45,947 nucleotides of DNA from a virus (lineage: Duplodnaviria; Caudoviricetes). The notes under the pieces are model-generated. The model saw nothing but the letters and a program-made list of their open reading frames with translations. It had not been told where the DNA came from and did not search any database. Position 1 is the stretch's first letter. Every line of letters starts with the position of its first letter. Location: positions 1 to 45,947 of IMG/VR virus record IMGVR_UViG_3300032225_000623; one strand, written 5' to 3'. Below, piece after piece: positions 1-7,364 of this stretch. Both the position numbers and the translations under genes were made by a program.

Positions 1-930
1 CCAAATCTTCCACCATTCCCGTTTAACAATCGCGCCTTCTTCGCCAGACGGCTTTTGTTGATACTGCGCTGACCATTTTGATAACGGTAGTTCTTGCCGT
101 AATGCCTCAAGTTCTTCGATAGACCAGAACTCGGGCCACAAAGGCTTTCCAGATGGAAGAATAGCCGGTAGTTCAATAACTTCCCATTCGCCAATTTTTT
201 CATCCTCAATAGACGATTGAACAACCCGACCAGTCAAATCCTTCAATGACCAACGGGTCATAACAATCACAATCGCCCCGCCCGGCTGTAGACGTTGACG
301 CGGTCCGGATGTGTACCACTCATACACAGAATCAAAGATGCCGGGGTCAGAAGCGGCTAACTTGGCTTCTTGTTCAGAATGCGGGTCATCAATGATGAGA
401 AGGTCAGCACCCTTACCCGTTACAGCACCACCGACACCGATAGCGAAGTATTCACCAGCGTGATTGGTTGACCAACGCCCAGCCGCCTTTGAGTCATGCT
501 GTAGGGCAACGTCAGGGAATACCTTCTTGTAGGTATCAGAGTTGACTAAGTTTCTGACCTTACGACCAAAACCTACAGCCAGTTCAGCGGTGTGTGATGT
601 CTGAATGACTTTTTTGTTTGGATAGTTACCCAAAAACCAAGCCGGGAGCAGGTATGAAGCAAACTCCGACTTAGTATGTCTAGGAGGCATATTGATGATG
701 AGTCGCTTAAGTTCGCCCCTAGCTACCCGCTCAAACTTGTCTGCCATCAACTTGTGATGTCGTCCAGAAATAAATCCGGGCCACATCTTGTCAACAAACG
801 TCAGATATGACTTCTGACATCTTTCGCGTTCAGCCGCATCCGTGTACTCAGAAAGCATCTTCAACATCGCTTCCTGTTCGTCGGGCGGGAGTAGCCCTAT
901 CTGGGAAACAATAGAACTAAGGTCAGTCAT
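1..930 (-). CDS. terL: Terminase large subunit, N-terminal ATPase part (runs off the left edge)
   Basis: Absent from the ORF track. Hand translation from ATG at 930 gives MTDLSSIVSQ...RHHKLMADKFERVARGELKRLIINMPPRHTKSEF (terminase Walker A variant) and GKGADLLIIDDPHSEQEA (Walker B). Confidence 0.95.
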   Translation of the reverse strand, partial: MTDLSSIVSQIGLLPPDEQEAMLKMLSEYTDAAERERCQKSYLTFVDKMWPGFISGRHHKLMADKFERVARGELKRLIINMPPRHTKSEFASYLLPAWFLGNYPNKKVIQTSHTAELAVGFGRKVRNLVNSDTYKKVFPDVALQHDSKAAGRWSTNHAGEYFAIGVGGAVTGKGADLLIIDDPHSEQEAKLAASDPGIFDSVYEWYTSGPRQRLQPGGAIVIVMTRWSLKDLTGRVVQSSIEDEKIGEWEVIELPAILPSGKPLWPEFWSIEELEALRQELPLSKWSAQYQQKPSGEEGAIVKREWWKIW

Positions 931-986
931 GGCTTATACAAAATCATCAATGCCCACAACAGCATCATCAAGAAAACAATCTTCAT
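927..986 (-). CDS. 19-aa hydrophobic micropeptide MKIVFLMMLLWALMILYKP
   Basis: Fills the gap exactly, with ATGA overlaps to both the LexA-like stop (983-986) and the terL start (927-930). Confidence 0.6.
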   Translation of the reverse strand: MKIVFLMMLLWALMILYKP

Positions 987-1207
987 TCAATACTCCTGAA
1001 CTTAACGCCAATAGGCCGAACAGTTCTTTGCTTCTTGTTCTGTTTTCTTACAGCACCTAATGCCACCAGACGGTTGACGATGCGATGAATGTTGCCACGA
1101 CCCTTAGCACCAAGGACGTACATGATTTCATCGATAGACGGTGAATACCCATACTTCTTCCACCATTCATCAATCACCAAAAAAACTTCCTTCTGTCTGG
1201 GAGTCAT
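983..1207 (-). CDS. LexA-type winged-helix DNA-binding domain protein lacking the peptidase domain
   Basis: MTPRQKEVFLVIDEWWKKYGYSPSIDEI...GNIHRIVNRLVALGAV matches the LexA N-terminal pattern (T.RQ..v...I......G..Ps..Ei). ATG at 1207 preferred as start. Confidence 0.8.
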   Translation of the reverse strand: MTPRQKEVFLVIDEWWKKYGYSPSIDEIMYVLGAKGRGNIHRIVNRLVALGAVRKQNKKQRTVRPIGVKFRSIE

Positions 1208-1441
1208 TGTCCAACCTTGTAGATGTGACACAAGAACAAAGAAGGCAACCAGCGAATCTTTCGTTGATTGTCAAACCTGCATTTCAAAATGAACCTATGC
1301 CCAAACAGTTTAATTTTCATAGCGTGATTTTTAAAAAATATACCCCCCCACCCATTTTTGTTTCAAAAAGCAAGGGGGTGGGTCTGTAAGTACAAAGCTA
1401 CAACAATAGCCAGATAAATCATGTTATGGGGTACCCCTCAT

Positions 1442-1490
1442 CTATTACAGGTGGTATCACACTATTACAGGTGGTATCACACAGTGTGAT
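1442..1490. repeat. 20-bp tandem direct repeat (CTATTACAGGTGGTATCACA x2) overlapping the inverted repeat ATCACAC-A-GTGTGAT
   Basis: Read directly: copies at 1442-1461 and 1462-1481, palindrome at 1476-1490. Confidence 0.9.
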
Positions 1491-1500
1491 ATGAGGACTT

Positions 1501-2238
1501 CTATGATGATTCATGAGAAGTGACTGATGATTCATGCGGAGTGATATGTACGTCCGCACACAGGGACTCCAATTCCCCAGCGGGGGGTACGGGTACCGTG
1601 GGGTCGCCATCCAGCCCATTTAAACCGTCATCCATAGTGCTGTCGCCTTCTACGGCGTCGTCTGCTGCGTTTAATTCCGCTGCTAGGGATAATGCCTCGG
1701 TGCTTTGCTCTACTGGCACTACGTCGATGGTGATGGCTTTCAGCCTGTCCATTATCTGTGCCTTAATCGCTTCGCTAGAGTGAACCACGGTCTGTTCCCG
1801 CCGCTCAGTGAATGCCGCGACCTCGGTAACCTTGCCCAATAGCTCCAGCGCCCTGATACGCGCAGCCGGTGGATTCGTTGAATCTGTTGCTTCTAGCTGT
1901 AAGCGTTCAATCACTGTTTGGCGTATTTGTGCAGGGGATTGCGATTCCCGTATCTCTTGCAGTGCTTTTAAACGTTCTATCTCAGCACTTACTCTGGCGT
2001 CAGCTTTTACTCTACTGGCTGCGTCACCTTGGGTTTTCTTGCTGCTCTTAGTGTTATATGCCATACGATATGCTGATGCCCCTGTGTTTCCCTGAGCTAT
2101 TAACCGCGCAAACTGTTTCTGCTTCGCAGTAAGCTCCCGCCCCGCCGACCCAGCCAACAGGTGTCCAATAGGCATCTGGTCTAGTGCCTCACTTATCTGT
2201 TTCCTAGTCAGTTTCTTTGGCGGATTCATAGGGTACAA
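1501..2238 (-). CDS. terS: Terminase small subunit
   Basis: LTAKQKQFARLIAQGNTGASAYRMAY (TerS HTH) and RIRALELLGK motifs; lies upstream of terL on the same strand. Confidence 0.85.
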   Translation of the reverse strand: MYPMNPPKKLTRKQISEALDQMPIGHLLAGSAGRELTAKQKQFARLIAQGNTGASAYRMAYNTKSSKKTQGDAASRVKADARVSAEIERLKALQEIRESQSPAQIRQTVIERLQLEATDSTNPPAARIRALELLGKVTEVAAFTERREQTVVHSSEAIKAQIMDRLKAITIDVVPVEQSTEALSLAAELNAADDAVEGDSTMDDGLNGLDGDPTVPVPPAGELESLCADVHITPHESSVTSHESS

Positions 2239-2852
2239 AATAGGAATTGATTAAACGGCTCCGAATATAGGTGGTTTTATTACTGGGTGCAAGTTCTCAT
2301 ATACACCAGACAAGCTATTCGGCTTCGCCAGCCCCGCCGCCGACACCAAACCGATGACGTCAGAGCGGCGACGCCCAGAAAAAAACGGTCGATTCCTCAA
2401 CGCAATCAAAGGCTTACACCCCAAAAAAGGGGTCAAAAACAGGGTGTTTTCGTACAGCTGGGAAGCCGCTACTCCACGCCTAGACCTGACACCCCAGCCC
2501 CAGCCGAAACCGCCCAGCAACACGGGTTCCGTGTAAACGCTATCGCTAAGTGATTGTTTGCACAGGCAAATCACAACTAGTCTAAACGTTGTGGAACTCT
2601 GCGCCATCTGATGACTCTTAGTGTTGCACCGTGCGATTGCTGCTTGCAGTTGGCTGGTGTGGTGAACGGCCCACGATATGGTCGTGTCTGGGGATGGCAC
2701 TGAGAACCGGAATAACCGGCACGGGCAAAACCAGATAGCAGGGAGTGTGTCCTCCAACAATTTAGAAACTGATTGTGTATCCATTCAGCCGCTTTATCGG
2801 CGGCTGAGTGATATGCACCGTCGCATATCTTTCCAATAGGGGGTTTTAAACC

Positions 2853-3428
2853 ATGTCTGACATCGCTCGGCAAAACTGGCTGCGTTCAATCGCAGATAAT
2901 CTGGCTCCGGAATTCGACGCCCTTGGCGTACCGCTTCCGGCTTTTCGCGTCACCTGCGGATTCCCATCAGGTGGCGGTACTCGACTCCGTTCGCCGCGTG
3001 TTATTGGTGAGATTCACGACAAGGCCAATTCGGCTGACGGGCATTACGAGATTTTCATTTCGCCGGTTAATGCCGATTCGGTCACGGTCGCCGCTGTTCT
3101 GGCGCATGAATTGGTTCACGCCGCCGTCGGTATTCCGGAGGGTCACGGTCGTGAGTTTGGTCGAATCGCCCGTGCTATTGGTTTGCAAGGCAAGCTGACC
3201 GCGACTACAGCCGCTCCGGCTTTCGAGGCCAAAATCAAGCGGTGGGTCGCCATCGATGGTGATTATCCACACGCCGCTCTCGATGTGTCCGGTAAAACCA
3301 AGCAGACCACGCGACTGCGGAAGCTGTCGTGCCCCAAGTGTGGTGCCGTTGCCCGCGCCTCTCTCGCCGCCGCCACTGCTGCACGGTTTAAATGCGGCGT
3401 GTGTGATGTTCACCTGACTATTCATTGA
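2853..3428 (+). CDS. SprT-like zinc metalloprotease with C-terminal zinc ribbon
   Basis: VLAHELVHA (HExxH) followed by GHGREF, with C-terminal CPKC...CGVC; strong GGGGG SD. Confidence 0.85.
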   Translation: MSDIARQNWLRSIADNLAPEFDALGVPLPAFRVTCGFPSGGGTRLRSPRVIGEIHDKANSADGHYEIFISPVNADSVTVAAVLAHELVHAAVGIPEGHGREFGRIARAIGLQGKLTATTAAPAFEAKIKRWVAIDGDYPHAALDVSGKTKQTTRLRKLSCPKCGAVARASLAAATAARFKCGVCDVHLTIH

Positions 3429-3497
3429 GTCCAACAGTCGGCGCATTACGGTGCGTCGCATGGTGGGTTCCACCATTTTAAAAGGGGGTTTTAAATC

Positions 3498-5003
3498 ATG
3501 GATTACAAGGACATTCACGACCACGCACTGCGTGGTTTTCTTTTTAGCATTCGCGCCGCCGCTGCTGATGTTGTGGCACGGCTCAATAAATCCGAACTAA
3601 TCGATGCCGCGCGTGGGTCTGGTTATACCGCCGAATATATTGCCGACCGCGAGGCAAACTTGGCGAAAGAATGGCGCGCCATTGGTTCTGTTTCAACTGT
3701 TTCTGTTTCGACGGGTTATGTTCCTTCTACACCGCTGACCGCGAATCAAATCGAGATTATTGCCCAGTCGATTCTTGAACGGTCTATTCGGCCATTGGAA
3801 ACTATAATCTATGACTTGCGGTCAAATAACGAAAATGCGATTGCCGACATTGACAGCAACTTGTCCAATGTTCACGACAACATCAAGGATGTGAACTCAC
3901 GGCTTGATTCTGCGGTGTCTAAACTGTCCGCAGATATTCGCGCCGCTGTCCCGACCGTCGATGCGTCCGCCGCTGTTGCTGACGCGGTGGCTAAAGCATT
4001 CGCCCCGTTTAAAGCAATCGTCGATTCGGTGGCTGGTGCGCCGGAGGCATTGGCCGAGGCGACTGCTGTGCGGATTATCGACCGCAAAACTGCGCTTGAA
4101 GTATTCGGGGTTGATATTCGGAATGCCGACGGTAGTCCTCGGCTGGTCGATATATTCAATGACCCAGAGGCACCGACTCCGGATGATTCATATATCTGGC
4201 CGGAGGATGCACTGCGTTATGCGTTCGTTGTACAGGATGCCTCTTCCGCTACGGCTTCGCCGATTCCCCCGAATCTATGGCTGGCTGGCGACCGTGGCAC
4301 CGGCAAGACACAGTTTGCCCAGCAGTTTGCTGCGCGGACTGGTCGCGGTTTTGTCCGGATTAATTTTGACCGCCACCTTGAGCGGCTGGATTTTATCGGC
4401 TCCAAGGGTCTGGTCGATGGCAATACACTCTGGCAGGACAGCAGTTTCCTGCTGGCATTTAAACGCACTGGCTGCGTGATTCTGCTGGATGAGTTTGGTT
4501 TTGCTAATCCGGCGAATGTGTCAAACCTTCAGGCGTTGCTTGAGCCGAATGCCACTGTGACGTTCGATGGATTTTCTCACCGTCGTGCCAGCGGGGTTCT
4601 GGTATTCGCCGCCGATAATTCGACCGGCAATCGTGATGATTCGGGTCGATTCAAGGGGGTGCAGGAACAGAACAGCGCATTACTTGACCGCTTCCCATTC
4701 ACCGTGACGTTTAAATTCCTGCCGCCCGCAGTCGAGGCTGGCTTGATTCAAAAGCGGACTGGGTGCAGCAAGTCGCTGGCTGATTCGATTGTCCGTGTTC
4801 TGACGGTCGCTCGAAAGGAAACAGAGTCGGGCGAGATTATCGACGCGCCGTCACTGCGTCAGGCATTTGCACTCGCCACTGCAATCAGCGCCGGTATCGA
4901 CCCGCAAGACGCATGGGTAAATGCCATCGCCAACAAGTCGCCCGCCGAATCCCGCGCTGCATTGGATTCGATTGCGCTGACGTTCTTTTCTTCAATTCAA
5001 TAA
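3498..5003 (+). CDS. MoxR/CobS-like AAA+ ATPase with long coiled-coil N-terminus
   Basis: Walker A GDRGTGKT, Walker B ILLDE, sensor region AADNSTG, Arg finger NSALLDRF, and SLR in the lid. Confidence 0.9.
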   Translation: MDYKDIHDHALRGFLFSIRAAAADVVARLNKSELIDAARGSGYTAEYIADREANLAKEWRAIGSVSTVSVSTGYVPSTPLTANQIEIIAQSILERSIRPLETIIYDLRSNNENAIADIDSNLSNVHDNIKDVNSRLDSAVSKLSADIRAAVPTVDASAAVADAVAKAFAPFKAIVDSVAGAPEALAEATAVRIIDRKTALEVFGVDIRNADGSPRLVDIFNDPEAPTPDDSYIWPEDALRYAFVVQDASSATASPIPPNLWLAGDRGTGKTQFAQQFAARTGRGFVRINFDRHLERLDFIGSKGLVDGNTLWQDSSFLLAFKRTGCVILLDEFGFANPANVSNLQALLEPNATVTFDGFSHRRASGVLVFAADNSTGNRDDSGRFKGVQEQNSALLDRFPFTVTFKFLPPAVEAGLIQKRTGCSKSLADSIVRVLTVARKETESGEIIDAPSLRQAFALATAISAGIDPQDAWVNAIANKSPAESRAALDSIALTFFSSIQ

Positions 5004-5012
5004 GGGGGTGTT

Positions 5013-6596
5013 ATGTACAAGGGTTATCAAGTCAAACAGGGTTTAACCACGTTCGTGCAGAAACTGTCCGCGCTTTATGGTAAGGGTAGTTTCCGTGTCG
5101 AGTTTCGCGGCACCGGCGCAGCCACCGACATCACCGAGGTGGTTTATCTGCCGCATATCGCCGACGACGAGAATGTAACCAAGGCGACGTTTAATCGCTA
5201 CCTCGGTTATATCCTGCATGAAGTAGCGGGTCACGTTGTCCACACCAAAAATCAATCCATCTACCACAATTACAAGCACCAATTGTGGAATGCGCTGGAG
5301 GATGGCTGGATTGAAGGGCGCATTATTGCGTCGGGTGACATTCCCAATTCGGAGTCGCTGCTGACTCGACTGGTGAATGACATCTATGAAGAGGCATCTG
5401 GCATTGATTGGGCCGACCCGCGCCAGTGGCCGTTCGCTCTCGCAGTTTGGGCGCGCAAGTATGTTCACCTTCGCCCGCCTGTTCCCGCTCCGGTCGCCGC
5501 CATTTTCGACGAGGCTATTTCCAAGCCCGCCAAGTCGAGTGAAGATAATTTAAACGTCGCTTTGTGGGTTTATGCCCAGCTTGACGAGTACCTTAGCGAG
5601 AATGAAAAGCCCGACGAGCCGCGTGATGATTCTGATGGGTCTGGTGATTCGGGTGATGGCGAATCTGGTGGTGATGTGCCTGATGGTTACGGTGAAGGGT
5701 TGGGTCGCATTATTGACCCGACCGCAGTCGAGCCGACGCCTGATGCCCGCATCGAGTCGGTGAGCGAACGCGCCCAGCGTGAGAGCGATGACCGCTTCAA
5801 TAAAATCAGTGAGCCGTTCATTGGTGAAGAAGTGCCTGTTTCAAAAAATCAGATTGATTCTGGCCGAGACAGCAGCAAGTTTGAATACCCCCGTATTAAA
5901 ACTCCGGCCCGCTTGCGTTACGAATTGAATCGCCTGTTCGAGGGCTCAGCGCGTGAGCAGTGGAATAACGGACACCGCGCCGGTCAGATTAACGCCGGTG
6001 CTTTGGCCCGTCACTCATTCGACGATGGTGTATTCCGTCGCCGTCAGGAAGAAGAGGGGGTCGATACTGCGCTGTCGATTATTATCGACACCTCGGGTTC
6101 TACTGATAACGTTCGCAATGGTGGTTTGACTATTTGTCAGGCTGAGTTTGCTACGGTCGAGGCGATTTACGATGCACTGCGTGGCACTAATGTTTCAATT
6201 GAAACTTACGCATATGCCACCAAAACCACCCGCATCACGCACTTCGGTGAGGGTATCTCGGTGTTTCGCAGTCGTGCTGGGGAGGCGTGGGCGACCAGCG
6301 GTCAAAACAATAAAGACCTTGAGCCGCTGCTGTTCGCGCACCGCTCTCTGCTGGCGCGTCCGGAAAAGCGCAAGATTGTTTTGTACTTGACCGACGGTGG
6401 CAGTCGTGTTCGCGAACAGGTGTTTAATCAGTGCGTGATTGGACAGAACCTCGGCATCACCACCATCGGCGTGGGCATCTTTGAGAATCTCGGCAAGGAT
6501 AGATACAACCCCGCCATGTTTCCGCAGCACATTTACATCAGCGACCTCGCCGACCTTGCATCTGCATCATTCAAGCAAATCAAGCTGGCCGCTTAA
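5013..6596 (+). CDS. CobT-like protein: N-terminal zincin-like domain, acidic linker, C-terminal vWA domain
   Basis: ILHEVAGH...WNALEDGWIE, an acidic D/E/G linker, MIDAS IIIDTSGS and VLYLTDG; follows the MoxR gene directly. Confidence 0.85.
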   Translation: MYKGYQVKQGLTTFVQKLSALYGKGSFRVEFRGTGAATDITEVVYLPHIADDENVTKATFNRYLGYILHEVAGHVVHTKNQSIYHNYKHQLWNALEDGWIEGRIIASGDIPNSESLLTRLVNDIYEEASGIDWADPRQWPFALAVWARKYVHLRPPVPAPVAAIFDEAISKPAKSSEDNLNVALWVYAQLDEYLSENEKPDEPRDDSDGSGDSGDGESGGDVPDGYGEGLGRIIDPTAVEPTPDARIESVSERAQRESDDRFNKISEPFIGEEVPVSKNQIDSGRDSSKFEYPRIKTPARLRYELNRLFEGSAREQWNNGHRAGQINAGALARHSFDDGVFRRRQEEEGVDTALSIIIDTSGSTDNVRNGGLTICQAEFATVEAIYDALRGTNVSIETYAYATKTTRITHFGEGISVFRSRAGEAWATSGQNNKDLEPLLFAHRSLLARPEKRKIVLYLTDGGSRVREQVFNQCVIGQNLGITTIGVGIFENLGKDRYNPAMFPQHIYISDLADLASASFKQIKLAA

Positions 6597-6600
6597 TCAC

Positions 6601-6624
6601 GGGGGCTTCGGCCCCCATTTATTT
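6601..6624 (+). terminator. Hairpin GGGGGC-TTCG-GCCCCC with a weak U-tract
   Basis: 6-bp GC stem with a UUCG loop right after the vWA gene stop; identical to the hairpin at 7318-7333. Confidence 0.6.
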
Positions 6625-6636
6625 AGGAGTGTTTAA

Positions 6637-6858
6637 ATGCAATACGAAACTTTAAAAGAACAACATGAAGATTTGTGGATATGGGTTTTGTTTATTAACG
6701 ATAAGCTCTATGGCGTATTCAACGATGAAGCCTTGGCGATGAAAGCCGGAGATGATTACCCCTACGACAGTCCAAACGTCTCGTGCTACTACTATGCGGT
6801 TAAGGTGAATGAAACGCGCACCAAGAACGTGGCTGAGGCTTCACCAGACGCGCTGTAA
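6637..6858 (+). CDS. Hypothetical protein
   Basis: ATG with TAGGAG SD; 73 aa. Confidence 0.7.
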   Translation: MQYETLKEQHEDLWIWVLFINDKLYGVFNDEALAMKAGDDYPYDSPNVSCYYYAVKVNETRTKNVAEASPDAL

Positions 6859-6928
6859 GCGATTCTGTGGGGCGGGGTAAGGGGGTAGCCCCACCCGCCC
6901 TCGTGCAGCATCTACTTTTGGAGGCACC

Positions 6929-7123
6929 ATGACCGACAACTATCGCCGCAAAGATTTTTTTACACCGCGCTCGATGAAGGAGGCTACAGGGTTTGACGAT
7001 ATGCCGCCCGAACTGCGGTGCATGACTACATTTAAACGACAGAAAAGAAAATCAATCACGCCGCATCTGCTGGCTGCGTTGATTCTGGTGGTGTATGCGG
7101 TTGTTGCACGTTGGGGGCACTAG
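6929..7123 (+). CDS. Small protein with C-terminal transmembrane helix
   Basis: GGAGG SD; hydrophobic tail LLAALILVVYAVVA. Confidence 0.7.
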   Translation: MTDNYRRKDFFTPRSMKEATGFDDMPPELRCMTTFKRQKRKSITPHLLAALILVVYAVVARWGH

Positions 7124-7142
7124 GATTATTATTGCACTGCAA
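7104..7142 (+). promoter_or_regulatory. Sigma70-like promoter (TTGCAC-17-TATTAT) with palindrome TTGCA-C-TGCAA over the start site
   Basis: -35 at 7104-7109, -10 at 7127-7132, palindrome at 7132-7142. Confidence 0.55.
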
Positions 7143-7161
7143 CATAAACTAGGAGACTCAA

Positions 7162-7311
7162 ATGCAATTCGACTTCATCGCTGCTTTCACTTCGCTGTCT
7201 AAGTCCTACCGTGAACTGGCTAACAAGTTTCATGACCAGATGATTGAGGCTTGGATTAAGACCGAGAAGACCGTCGAGGACAATGTCAAGACTGTGTTCT
7301 GGAAGAAGTAA
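7162..7311 (+). CDS. 49-aa amphipathic helical protein (possibly phasin-like)
   Basis: Absent from the ORF track. AGGAG SD; MQFDFIAAFTSLSKSYRELANKFHDQMIEAWIKTEKTVEDNVKTVFWKK; followed directly by a terminator. Confidence 0.75.
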   Translation: MQFDFIAAFTSLSKSYRELANKFHDQMIEAWIKTEKTVEDNVKTVFWKK

Positions 7312-7342
7312 AAACAAGGGGGCTTCGGCCCCCTGTTTTTTT
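7310..7342. terminator. Probable bidirectional intrinsic terminator between convergent units
   Basis: AAAAACAA-GGGGGC-TTCG-GCCCCC-TGTTTTTTT, with A- and T-tracts flanking the stem. Confidence 0.85.
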
Positions 7343-7364
7343 GTCTGTATGAAAGTGTTTAAAC

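Noticed and set aside
2608-2640. CTGATGA as a second hammerhead core
   Set aside because: No stem II followed by GAAA, and no matching stems I and III.
2251-2873. Track ORFs in the terS-SprT gap (177, 98, 88 and 60 aa)
   Set aside because: They overlap on both strands, lack clear SDs or motifs, and look like chance frames.
3498-6596. cobS/cobT as cobalamin auxiliary metabolic genes
   Set aside because: No cobN or other cob genes are present; the context fits a generic MoxR-vWA pair.
6869-6900. G-rich tract GGGGCGGGGTAAGGGGG as a G-quadruplex
   Set aside because: Only three G runs, and they can pair with the following CCCCACCCGCCC as an ordinary hairpin.
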